From the human T2T-CHM13v2.0 reference genome, Homo sapiens, in NCBI RefSeq assembly GCF_009914755.1, contig NC_060933.1: DNA of 64,000 nucleotides, one strand, 5' to 3'. Shown here in pieces: positions 45,801 to 62,267 of the stretch. A program made the translations under genes and the position numbers. The first letter of the stretch is position 1; every line of letters starts with the position of its first letter. The notes under the pieces were generated by a model, which did no database searches, was not told where the DNA came from, and worked only from the letters and a program-made list of their open reading frames with translations.

Positions 45801-46314
45801 TGTTCTTTTCTCTAAGTCATGGTTCTATATCTTGGGACACAGAAAATAGAAAACAAGTTCCAATGAACAACACAGCCAAAAGAGAAGTTTTTGAGGGAAA
45901 GCACACATAAATTTCTTAACCTCAAGTGCCAAAGAATGTCTCCTATTTCTTAGGGATCACAGTAAAATCCTCTTGGTATAAATTCTAGTTGTTGCTTGAT
46001 GCTAAGTTCAATGTTTACTAAGCACCAGATTTCATTCCATAGAGTGGGTTCAGTAATTCTCAGCTAATTTTTTTGTTGCTATTATAAAATCTTAAGTTGA
46101 AAAAACCTTTCAGGTACTGTTACGAAAAGACATGTGAACAGGATGGAGGTGCCTGAAAATTTTACCCAAGATTATGTTTCTCGGAATTGCTAAGAAGTAC
46201 TTCTTAGCAAATACTAATTTAACAAGTCTTCTAATAGGAAGTATTGCACTACACAATCAAGTTGTTTTTAACTAGGAATCATTTCATTTTGAAATAAATC
46301 ACAGGTTTACATAT

Positions 46315-46316
<2 letters not shown>

Positions 46317-46347
<31 letters not shown>
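46317..46347. repeat. (CA)n microsatellite
   Basis: Direct read. Confidence 0.95.
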
Positions 46348-46348
<1 letters not shown>

Positions 46349-48142
46349 CCCACATATGTATGTCAGCTTAACCATATGCAGCTCTGATAGCTCTGATTAA
46401 ATATATGCTTCCAACCCTATAAACAGCAAGATCCACAGTCGCTTCCATGAAATAGTTATTTCACCAAGACTGGATAAATGGTAAAGCTTTTTCCTCTCTT
46501 CCAGCTGTAACCATTCCCTTTCTTTCTGGGATCCTCTGTCCTCCTTCCTTGGAAAAGCACCTTCCATAACATACTGAGAGTAAAGAGTACAGTGCTCTTG
46601 TGAAGGCAGAATAAAAACTTGGAGGTACTTACTGAGAATACTAGAGCTGGGTCTGAGAGCTCCATGAATGTCGATGACAGAGCAGGCCACTTCAAATAGA
46701 TAAAACTGCATTAGTGCTTTTAAATTTGTCCTTGGGAATACGCTCATCTGAAACAATGATTGCAGATACAAATCAGATGAATGCTGCTTTCGGAACTAAA
46801 TGAATGCTCTAAGAGAACAGCTCTGAGAAGAATACATTGAAGAGTCTGGAAAGTAATTTCATGGAAAATAGATTGGGTGCCCAGTTTATTTGAAGAAAGA
46901 TGGGAGTAGAAAAAGCAAAAAGAAGAAAATGATTTTAAAGTTTATTTGGACATGCCACAAATTATGCCTATATATGTTTTATGCATGAGTTAAATATCTG
47001 ACAGATAATTATTGATCACAGAAATTCTATATAAAGGATGTACTCCCAAATTGAATATCTCTACACAGTAAGCTTATGTAATTCAAATCTTTTTCTCATA
47101 TCATATGTTGTTTGTACATATAAAGGCTTGCATTATTCTGAAAGGGGCACATTAAAAATACAAACTCAGCCAAATGACTGAGAAGAATTTAGGATGTACA
47201 CACTAACGTTAAAAACCAGTGCAAAAAATTAACTATCCTCTGAATGGGTTATGTTTTCCCATATAGTTAGGCCCTGCTGGATAGTTATTTAGATGCCTTG
47301 AGAACTATCTTCATGTCACCCTCAAGACTCAGGCCCTGGGGCTGCAAAGAGCTATTTCATCCCAGGATGATCAGAAATGGGAAATATGAATCAAGGATGA
47401 TTTCTGGCAGAATTGGGTCTGACTCATGAATGGCAATGCCTTTTTTCTTCCTTTAACTTATCTTTAAAGGATATCCTTTGAAGGAGATAACTTTCAGGAA
47501 AATGAGATACTCGTCTATGAAAAAGTCAAATTATTCCAGGTAACAGAGCTCAGAGCAGTCTTCCACAAGGCTTGACACTTCAAAACAAACAATAAGAAAT
47601 CCACTTAAAATTCCTTAACTTTCCTCTTTCACAGAATGATATTTTACCTCAAGGGTATTTATGTAGCTACAGAAAACAAGGGTAGAGGCCCCAGGCTTCT
47701 TTCACAAGGTGTTGATTGATACTATAACTTTCCTGGAGCCCAAGAGGAGAGGACTTAAAATGCACCCATGGGTTCTTGTCTTGGTATCGTCAGAAGAAGG
47801 AGCATCTCACTGGTGACAGGGTTCCTTTGGGCAACTTTTTACTGCTCAGAGGTAGAAACAGTTTATCAAGCTACTGTTTCTTGGGGTGACTTGTTCAAAG
47901 TTTCCTTTCACGTAATGGGATGCAACATGAGATGAGAAGTGACAGCTGGAAGCTGAATCTTGCATACAGGATAGGTGCTCACATATCTTAGTGTGATCAT
48001 ACAAAACTTTTTGAGGAGTGAGATTGTTTTTGAGGCCTACTGATTCAGCAAAGTGCGCTTACTCAATATTTTAGGTAGTTATTAAGGAAGCAGTCCTGAA
48101 AGCACTATAAAGCAATGCATATAATTAAAATGTCTTTGACTC

Positions 48143-48550
48143 AAGACATGGAACCAACCCAAATGCCCGTGAATGATAGACTGGATAAAGAAAATGTGGT
48201 ACCTACACACCATGGAATACTATGCAGCCATAAAAAGCAATGAGATTATGTATTTTGCGGAGACATAGGTGAAGCCGGAAGCCATCATCCTCAGCAAACT
48301 AACAGAGGAACAGAAAACCAAACACCTCATGTTCTCACTCGTAAGTGGGAGTTGAACAATGAGAACACATGGACCCAGGGAGGGGAACAACACATGCCAG
48401 GGCCTGTTGGGATGTGCGGGGCCAGGGGGGTGAACTTAGATGATGGGTCAATAGGTGCAGCAAACCCACCATGGCACACGTATACCTATGTAACAAACTT
48501 GCATGTTTTGCACATGTATCTCGGACCTTAAAGAAAAATAAAAGTTTGAA
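48143..48550 (+). mobile_element. 5'-truncated L1 3' end (L1PA8A-like)
   Basis: aagacatggaaccaacccaaatgccc...gaacttagatgatgggtcaataggtgcagc; TSD core aaaatgtcttt at 48127-48137 and 48551-48561. Confidence 0.85.
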
Positions 48551-50203
48551 AAAATGTCTTTAATCCATATTTGGAAAAGTCAATGGAATCTCAGGCTCCT
48601 CAACCCTTATTCTTCAGAGTTCTTGATGCCCTACCTCTTCTTTGTGGCAATTGTTATCTTTCCATGTATGTGTTACAGGCCCTTCTGTTGTCCATTCAGT
48701 AACTAGCATTTACTTAGTATCAGTCCATCAATCCCTAATACTAGGCTTGGTTGACGTCAGTCTAGCTCTTCTCACAACTTCAGGTAGGGCCTCATTCTTA
48801 TTGGATCTCCGGATGGAAAGAGCCACTTTCAGTGTTCTTTTATTATATGACTGTTCTCTTAGGTCTTGAGGAAACACTCCCTAGGACTATATCAGAGAAG
48901 ACTCTAGTGGCCCCACTGATTGTTAAAGCCAAGCGTGTCGGGTCTCACCACTGGACTTGTCTCAGAATCCTGTCCAGGGCCTGGATTTGGCTCCATCATA
49001 GGCTCAATGCACTGCTGCACACTGTAGTGCTTTCTGCTGAATGTGTGGCTTCCCTTTTTGCTTAAGACCAGACCAGGGTTTCACCGTGGGTTTCAAAAAA
49101 TCTTACTATGAGCTCACTATATTCTCATTCAGTTAGGATATACAGAAGTAAGGTGGCCTTTCGGCCTGGCAAAGGATACAGATGAGTGATGTTTCAGTTT
49201 GATAACTAGTAATTTATAGACCCTGTTAAGAATTGCCAATTAGTATGAGAATAGAGAGACCAATTTTTTTAGCTCATATTTTCTGAATTTTTCTATATTG
49301 AACAATTAGTAGTATTTTTATAGGAATTAAGGCCTGGTTTTTCTATACATCTATAACATTCTTAATTTTAACTATATATATATATATATGACATTTTGTA
49401 TTTAACATTTATGTAATTTTATTTTTGTCTAATAATTCAAGATGAATAAAATAAAGAGAACATCTATAAGTAAAAAAGTTTTAACGACTTTTTCACCCAT
49501 TTACATATTTGATATTAAATTTAATTAATTGATGCATTAGGTAGCTATTTCCAAATGTGTGGAAAATTGATGTGAAATAACAATGAAGTATGTAGGTTTC
49601 TGAGCAGCAATAGCAGGCAGGGACTTTGAGAACAGTATTACAATATCTCTACTTGAGGCTGCCTGCTGTTCGGCCTAAAATGAATATGTAATGATAAATT
49701 ATGCCCAAAATGGTGTATTGATTTATTCAGGGAAAAAGATTTTTATTGTTAACTGGTTCAAGACCATTTCCAAGATGTCTTTGTCATTCCCATGAGGGCC
49801 AGCTTAATACAAAGTGGGCAAATGCAAGATATTGGAGTTGATTTTACTTTATTAGATCCATACAACTCAAGAAAATTAAAGCTGACTTTCATGATGTGTC
49901 ACATTAAGTTTGAAGGATAAACTCTCAAGCTAGATAACTTCTAGAATTATCAAAAAATTACTTGGGATATAAATGTAGAATAATTGCACTGATATTGTAT
50001 AAAGAAAAGTAGATTATTTTCTTCATTTCAATTAGTATCAACAATTTTAGTCACTTAGGCTATCAATTGTTAATGGTAAACAAAATTATCATTCACTTTT
50101 CTATGGTGATTGAGCCAGGTCACTGCCAAGTTTACATATTTACATTGTGTAAGTTAAACATCTAGTAACACATTGCTCTAAACATCATGTGTCTAAAATA
50201 GGT

Positions 50204-50211
<8 letters not shown>

Positions 50212-50235
<24 letters not shown>

Positions 50236-50494
50236 GGAGGGAGTCTCACTCTGTTTACCATGCTGGAGTGCAGTGGCACAATCACAGCTCAGTGCACTCT
50301 TGACCTCCCAGATTCAGCCTCCCAGGCAGCAGGTGTGAGCCACCACGCCCAGCTAATTTTTTTTTGTATCTTTTTGTGGAGACAGGGTTTCACCACGTTG
50401 CCCGGGCTGGTCACCTATTCCTGGGCTCAAGCAATCTGCCAACCTCTGCCTCTTACAGTGCTGGGATTACAGGCATGAGTGACTGTGCCTGGCT
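50212..50494 (-). mobile_element. AluJ with internal deletions and a (GA)n tail
   Basis: gagtctcactctg...ctcagtgcactcttgacctcc...ctgggctcaagcaatc...tgcctggct. Confidence 0.88.
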
Positions 50495-50628
50495 GATAAA
50501 GCGTTTCTTTCACCAGAAAGAAATCTGCTCTAACATATTAGTTTTATTTTATATAGGCGGAATTGTTTATTAGTCCAAGTTTTAATGTCATTATCTGTCC
50601 ACATACTTCTGTATGGAAAATGGGTAGA

Positions 50629-51413
50629 CGTTACACAAATGCAAGGGGTTCGGTCTAGGTCCTCCTGCTTGCTGCACAGAACACCAAGCACTGGGACGAG
50701 TATTGCCAAGGATGAAGGCTTTAATCAGGTGCTGCAGCTGAGGCAGACCTCCTCAGCTGTTGTTTGTCTCCCAAGCAACTAAAACTGGGGGCATCTATAT
50801 AGTGGGGAAGGCAGGAAAACAGGAATTAGGGAAAGGAAGGAGGCTGATATGGTTTGGCTGTGTCCCCATTCAAATCTCATCTTGAATTGTAGCGCCCATA
50901 ATTCCCACGTGTTGTGGGAGGGACCTAGTGGGAGATAATTGAATCATGGGGGTAATTTCCTCCATACTATTCTTGTGGTAGTGAATAAGTCTCACGAGAT
51001 CCTATAGCTTTATAAGGGGAAAGCCCGTTCGCTTGGTTTTCATTCTCTCTTGCTTGCCGCCGCATAAGATGTTCCTCGTTCTTCTGCCGTGGTTGTGAGG
51101 CCTCGCCAGCCATGTGGAACTGTGAGTCAACAAAACCTCTTTCCTTTATAAGTTACCCAATCTCGGGTATGTCTTTATTAGCAGCATGAGAAAAGACTAA
51201 TACAGAGGCCCTCATGATGGATAAGGGCCCTGGCAGTCTTGTCTGAATGCAGTGATCTGGGGAGTTCCAGTCCCTTGCCTGAAGTTTGGTTTCCTGAGGG
51301 AGGAACTCAGATGGGACAATGTGAATTTCAAGTTTTGAGAACCAGAGAGTCCGTTTCTATGTTTATTTTTTTAATGTAAATATTAGCTCTATGGGACAAT
51401 TGGACCAGTTTCA
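50629..51413 (-). mobile_element. ERV1 solo LTR (MER39B-like), interrupted by THE1B
   Basis: Reverse complement starts tgaaactggtccaattgtcccatagagcta and ends ggacctagaccgaacccc...gtaac. Confidence 0.75.
50845..51204 (+). mobile_element. Solo THE1 LTR (THE1B-like)
   Basis: tgatatggtttggctgtgtcccc...aaagactaataca; perfect 5-bp TSD gaggc at 50840-50844 and 51205-51209. Confidence 0.95.
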
Positions 51414-51499
51414 GATGGAGACCAATAGCAAGTAACATTTCTAAGCCAACATAAGAAGAACCTAGGTTTTGTTTTGTTTTTAGGATTTTCATCTGTTTG

Positions 51500-51922
51500 G
51501 TGTAATTATGTGTAATGTGTAAACTTGGCTAGGCTATAGTACATAGTTTTTAATCAACCACTAATCTCAGGTGTTGCTGTGTAGATAGTTTGTAAATGTA
51601 GTTAGCATTTTAAATCAGTTGACTTTAATTAAAGATTATCCTTGATAGTTAAGTGGGCTTCATCCAGTCAGCTGAAGGTTTCCTGAGAAGAAAAATTCTA
51701 CTTCAAGACTCAAAATCAACTCCAGCCTGAGTTTCCAGCCTACCAGCCTGGCCTATAGATTTCAGATTTGCCAGTCCCAACAATTATGTGAGCTAGATTC
51801 CTTGAAATAAATATCTTTGAATTTATTTAGGATTAATAGGATACACAAACACACACATATATATTCTATTGATTCTGTTATATGCTATACAACATGATTC
51901 TGGAGAACCCAGCCCTATAATA
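51500..51922 (+). mobile_element. MLT2 (ERVL) LTR, MLT2D-like
   Basis: aacttggctaggctatagt...gtgggcttcatccagtcagctgaagg...ttctattgattctgtt...ctggagaaccc. Confidence 0.8.
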
Positions 51923-52077
51923 GGTTTTTAAAAATATATCTTTGCACTACTACGTGTGTACTATTTATCCCAATATTCCAAAGTATATATGAGTAGATAT
52001 AGACATCACTGTATGCAATAGTAGAGGTTAATATCAATAGCTATAATTTATACTGTATACTATATATTCCTCTACTT

Positions 52078-52300
52078 TCATTCATTTTTCCATGAACAAA
52101 TATCTTTTGAGAATCTGCCATCTACCAGGCACTAGCCAAGGTAAGTATAAAACGATGAAAGACAATTCTAGAAGACAAGTATTATCTGCCTTGTTTCAAA
52201 AATAAGAAAACTGAGCCTTGGAAAGTTTAGGGAATTTTCTCAAGATAACATAACAAGTTAGATGGCGGAGCTAGGATTTCAACCTTTTCTATCCGACTCT
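52078..52300 (-). mobile_element. L2 3' end plus MIR fragment
   Basis: cattcatttttccatgaacaaatatcttttgag...ccaggcact; aagaaaactgagccttggaaagt...ggcggagctaggatttcaacc. Confidence 0.6.
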
Positions 52301-55300
52301 GTCACCCCACCCCACCCCACCAACATTGTTTAAGCAGTGGAGACTTAATAAACTTTAGGATTGAAAAAGAGCACTATATGTACATACGTGTGTGTGTATA
52401 CACTTAGTGTTTTAAGACAGTCTTGCAGATCAGGAAACTGAAACCCACAGAGATTGATGATTTGGGTTAGTCATGAACTTTACAGTACTCTTCAGAAAAC
52501 TAGGTTCTCAGGACTGTTTGGTTGTCTCTTTAGAGTTCATATTAAGTGTATTTGGGGAGGTAAGAATACAGTGAGTGATTTCTGAAGTAACCGAAACACG
52601 TTTCCTCTGTTCCTGCCTTTTTCTTCTCCCTCCTCTTTAGTCAATGAAAACAAATTTTTTTTCTCTTTAAATTAAATATATTATGAATCAAAGGATAAAA
52701 ATTTGCTTATATACACACACATATATATAGAGGTCATCTATTAGCATCTATTAGTTAACATATATATACATATATAGACAGCTTATATATCTATAGATGA
52801 TACATAAATTGAATGTAATCCACAAGATATACTGTATATATAATGTGTGTATGTATATATGTATGCACAAAGCTGTGAATATGTTTACACATAAATCTAT
52901 CAGTATTTAAGTATTGAGGAAGTTTGATTATTACACTGTAGTTTTTATAAATTCTCTGTAAATAGTTTTTACTAATTATTGAAAAGAAAATACAAAGGGA
53001 CAGCCGCTAAACTTTTTGTGTGTGTGTGAAAATCCAGATTGTTCAAATGAAGGGGCAGCAGTTTTAGAATATAGATTGAACATTCTTAAAATCAATTATT
53101 TGGTTGGATTTAGCTATAGCTCAACACAATCCTGGATGATAAATATGTAAATATCTGATTCCCAGGTAAATAGTAGAAAGATTCAAGATGCTGTGGACCA
53201 CTGCAAAGCAGAAAAACGTAGTTGTATATGTAAATGAATTAGCCACGTTACACAGTTAGTGAGCAGCAAAGCCCAGGTTCCATAACTCCTGAGACAATAC
53301 TTTTTACACTTCAAAACACAAATATGTTATTTTTTTCACTTGACCAAAGCCATGTGAGAATAGTATTGACTTTATTACCATTAAGATGTTTCTAAAACTC
53401 TGTCACACACACACAGACACACACACACACCCAATACATATTTACATGAACTGTAAACTGAATATTCAAACTTTAAGGAAAAGGGTTCTTTTCCCTTAAA
53501 TTATCCATGTAATTCCCTTGATTTTTTTCCTGTTGACAGCCAATATATCTTGCAAATTCAATTAACTCTCGGTTTTCTTACTCCCCTCAGTTTCCTCTTC
53601 CCATTTGATAGTCTTGTGAAAATCCTATCTTTTCAAGATAATAAATTTGATAATCCTCAGAGGTGTCTTGTCATTTGCAGCACAATATTTTTCTTTGTCA
53701 ATTATTATCAACTTTAGGCACTGTTTATCTATTTTGAGCACAGCAGGAGATGTCCTTAGCTCAGCTAACCTAGGCTATGTACAATTAGATAAGACACAAA
53801 GCAGTATTGGTGCTGAGTAGCCAATTTCCTGCCCCTGTTGTGTTCATAATCTTTATAGAATTATACGGTAGTGTGCCCTCTCAGTTCTATTTGTCCATAT
53901 GAATCTTAGCTGCCCAAGTGTTTAATGCACTATTACCATAGGGTGGATTCCAGAGATTTATAGCATTGTTTACTACTTTCACATAGCATACAATAATTAA
54001 AAGGATACAATTCCTCATTAAAGCATACAATAGTGGTAAGAATTATATTTCTTTCCTAGGCAACCAGTATTCACTCTTGATCAACTTCAGGCATAGTTTT
54101 CCTTATAAAATAAGTTTTAGTAGGCAGAAAGATAAGTCAGATGTACTTGGCATCACAATCTCAGAAATAATATATGGTGGCTGTAGGAAATGAAGTTTTC
54201 AATGGTTTTCTAAGTATTCATTTACAGAGGCAAAACACCATACAATGTATATAGGCTAATTTTTTCTCTGTAATGTTAATCAGGCCTAAATCACTGCTAA
54301 TAGCTTCACCCATGACAGCATTCAGACATTATGGTGTTCATTTTTGTATTACTTTCTTCTCTTTTTAGTTTTTGAAAAACTCAGGAAATTTGAATTGTTG
54401 CCAGTAACTCAACTGCACATTGTAACCAGAGTTTTGTAGGTTTATTTTTATAAAAAGTATTTCTTCAGTTTGCCTTCTCAAACTTTGAATATTTCAAGCA
54501 TTCACCTCTGAGATATGCATGATGATCTTCAGTGAATTATCCAGACCCCTGGTGTATTTCATTCTAACTTGAATATTGCGCTTGGAAGATCAACATTATT
54601 CCATAATGACTCACCTGCTACAGTCCCCAGAGACTATTTCTCCTTCTCTGGATATATAAGTCAATCTCTATAAGAGAAACCTTGGATTACAATTAGCAAT
54701 TATCATGGTAAAAGTAAGGGATAAAGAAAAATTTTAAAGAAATAGCCCCCATATAGGAAAGGAGGAGGTAAATTAAAGGGATTATAAACTGTTAAGTTAT
54801 TCATTGTATTTTTGTAACTCCCCTAAGAGAAAAGGAAAAAAAACAGCATAATAAGGGAATCAAACTTTGTTGCATCTTTCACATCACTCAAATTACAGAA
54901 TAAAACATGCATTCTAATCATTAACTTTTAATAGCTATGATTTTGGTTTAAAAAGTTGGTGTGTGGGGAATTTGTTGTGGTCATTGATAAAAAATTATAC
55001 ATTACATCAAGCTGGGAGTGCTTAAAGGGAGATTCCATGTGGCCAGAGAAACCACATATCTCTTACTAGAAACATAAAGAGACAATAAACAGCTGTCCAC
55101 TGTGAAAGCAGTTATATTTTAGCTCTCCTAAGAATTTAGGAGTGGATTATTTAGTCTCCTAGCAGGCCAGAGGTAGGAATTCAGAATTTCCACTTCAAAA
55201 CGTTGCTTCATCAGGATGAAAATGAATAAATGTGAGGAATGCTCCAGTTCCAAGCTGAAATCCAGGAAATTGCATTCAGCAGGGCTTTCTGAGCCAAGGC

Positions 55301-55625
55301 CTTAGTCACCAAAACACTTCATGGGAGTCTCCCAGCCAGTCAGGACCAACCTGTTGTTATTGGGCAGAGAAGGTCTCAGCGTTGGGTGGATTTGTATACC
55401 TCTATCCAGAGAAAGCTGATTCAGCAGTTGGAAGAAGTCAGGGTTGGACAACTAGGGTCCTAAGTGTTGTCGTTTATAGCAGCATGTTATAACCATAGCA
55501 GCATTAAAAGGAGACATGAATGAGTCTGCAAAGAAAGGAGAAAGCTGCTAAAATTAGTAAAATACATTTGTAAACTGTGGGAGATAAAATAGATGATTCT
55601 CTCTGAAGTCAATATCACAGATGAC

Positions 55626-56001
55626 TGTTGACCAAGTGTCTACAGTTGCCCATTTCTTACCTTATGCCTTGGATTGACCAAACTTTAGACTTCTTTCGTT
55701 AACACAGGGCCCAGAACTTTGGCTTGCCCCCAGATCTGGCAAGCACTAAAATGCAGAACAGTCCCCAGCTCCAGCTTCCCATCTTGAGAATCAGCAGAGC
55801 ACCGTGAGGAACACTTCCCATCAGAACTCCTCCCCTTGATCACTTTCCCTTGAAAGTCCCTGATTACCCCTTCCTTTAAAAGAGAAGCCTTTGTTTCTGT
55901 TTGATTTTTTGAGACATTTGCAGATCTTGAGACTGAGACATTTTCCTTCTTGCCATGGTCTTATTGAATAAAGTCTCTCTTTATCTAAGTTTGGATCTCA
56001 C
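55626..56001 (+). mobile_element. ERV1 LTR, MER67/MER90 group
   Basis: gattgaccaaactttag...gcagatcttgag...ttgaataaagtctctctttatctaag; 3' part resembles the reverse complement of 8385-8500. Confidence 0.6.
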
Positions 56002-56399
56002 ATCCTAAAGATGGGAAATGGCCTCTTTTGATTAGAAAATATGCCGGTTCTGTCTGAGTAACTCTGTTGACTTAACATCTATGCTCATTTTGTTTTCTCT
56101 CATTTTCCGGTGTTGGAGGCTGGATTCTCTTCCACCTTTTAGTGCCAATCATTCTTTTTGTATGTTATTTTCTTCTGGCTGATTTTGATGTCTTGAGTAA
56201 TTATATTCCTTCTGAAGAAATCTGTAAGTGCCTGGGGATCCTAACCTTCTTCTCCAGGGTCTGATCATCCCTGAGACGACAAGATTGAGATACTGAGGAC
56301 CTGAGCTTTGTTAGAGAAGTGTGAAGGGAGACAAAGCAATTCAGCGAAAGGTGTTTGGAGGCAGCATATACTGTTTTACGCACCATCTTATTTGAATTT

Positions 56400-56745
56400 T
56401 GAAGTTGTATGGCCTTGGAATTTTACTTAATCCCCCTAAACGGCCATCAAATAGGAATAAGAACCTCTATGTGCTAAGGGTTTTATGCAGACTAAATGTG
56501 GAAAATTGGTGTCCTGCCTATCATAATAGCTGGTACTAAGAGATGGTCAAGCAGTGGTGGGTATATTTAATGAGTTAAGTCCTCTTGACTCAGTGTCCCC
56601 TTATTTTCATTTCCCCTGCTGCTGTCTAATGTCTTCCCTCTACTAGACTGACATTAATTCCTTGAAGACATCTTCATCCTTTCTAGTCCCAAAGCCTGGG
56701 TCAAAAGAGTCACCCAGCTAACATTTTTTGAATGAAGTTTATTCA
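56400..56745 (+). mobile_element. MIR and L2 3' fragments
   Basis: tgtatggccttggaattttacttaatcc; ctactagactgacattaattccttgaagac...ttttgaatgaa. Confidence 0.45.
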
Positions 56746-58382
56746 TGTTTGTAATGTAAAATCAGAAATCAGATTCATCTTTCCTGATACCAGACAGGTT
56801 TTACTGAAGTCTCCTCGATTTGATTGCAGAGACACCACAAATATATTATGAGGGAAGTTGTATTAGATGTCCTCTAAAGTCCAATTCAAGACTAAGACTC
56901 TCTAATACTTTAGGAAAAAAATGTACTGGGTTATGATAATGTTTCATATTTTTTTACTCCTAAGAGTACTTAGCATCTACACCATTGTTCATATTATATG
57001 ATGCCAAACAACCAGATGAAAAAGTGAGAAATGTTGTCAGGCATCCAGATATTTTACATAGTTGGTGCCAAACATCTGGGTGTTTAGAAACACTGACTAA
57101 ATTTTTCACTTTTCACCTGGGTGTTTGGCATTGTACAGACAGAGCAAATGGCAAGCAGACATCTTGGCAGAGCAAACACTGAGACATACGGACGTGGGTG
57201 ATAGTGTCATAGAATTCAAGCTGTTTGCCACAGAAGGAAAAGTTCACAACGGCATTTTGATCAACATGATATATTTTTGTTATTGAAGGGACTTTTCCTG
57301 CAAGAGAGGCTCTTGGCCTGCTTTGGAGTTGTGATAACTCTTTGGCTTTATATCCTTGTAGCCCACAATACTAGGCCGGTTAACCACTCCATTTAGAAAG
57401 CTTCCTAAGACTCTGGGAATCAGAAGGAGCTCAATGACTCACTGCTCACACTGAGGCAGTTTTGCTGAGTGACTTGTTCTTATCTTGTTTCCCGTGTGTT
57501 TTGGCCTTGCCTGCAGTTTATACTGTAACTAAATCTCTGAAATTTTCTTAACTAACTCTAGAAACTAGTCTTTGCCTCATAATTATAGTAACTGAACTCC
57601 AGCTTCTTCCAGACTCCTGAGACCCTAGAATGAATTTCCTAGGCCTATAGGTTATCTTTCCTTACATATACCTGTCTGTGTCCCTCTGCCAGTCACCTTG
57701 GCCATCCTAGTTTAAACACTGTGTTAGTGGAGACATGCTAGATGCTGCTGCTGTGATAAACAACCTTACAATTTCTGTGGTTTAAAACAACAACGTTTTC
57801 TCATTCACACTATTTACTGGGAATATAGGATATTCTTCAAGGCAAACACTTCTACGTTAGCTAGTACTTTGCTGACCAGGTTTCTGGGTTATCCCCTAGA
57901 TACAGAAAATCTGGAAGAAGGGTTCCTCTCAGTCTTACAGCAAAAATTAGCCAGACTAACTTCAAAAATCACAGACTAATAGAGAGCTGATGTTGCTCAA
58001 CAACCAACAGACCCCAAATTTAAGGAGAAATGGTGCTTACAGGAAGGAAAATGTGAATATACACTAAGCTGCGGTAGAAACAACCAGAAATGCTAAGAAC
58101 TCAGCAAAAATAGATGAAAAATATGTGTGCAGTAATAATACATTTTATTGTTTTATTTTATTTTAATTTATTTTAATTTTATTATTTTACTTTAAGTTTT
58201 AGGGTACATGTGCACAACGTGCAGGTTCGTTACATATGTATACATGTGCCATGTTGGTGTGCTGCACCCAGTAACTCTCATTTAGCATTAGGTATACCTC
58301 CTAATGCTATCCCTCCCCCCACACCTCACAACAGGCCCCACTGTGTGATGTTCCCCTTCCTGTGTCCATGTGTTCTCATTGT

Positions 58383-62228
<3,846 letters not shown>

Positions 62229-62267
62229 TCATTAATTGATGCAATTTCTTCCTAGCCTCAATGGTCT

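Noticed and set aside
46397-46771. 124-aa minus-strand ORF and a strong plus-strand acceptor (ttttcctctcttccag, 46504)
   Set aside because: No recognisable homology and no good paired donor; isolated splice-like motifs are common
53472-53500. Bulged hairpin tttaaggaaaag-ggtt-cttttcccttaaa
   Set aside because: Low-complexity purine/pyrimidine arms make chance likely
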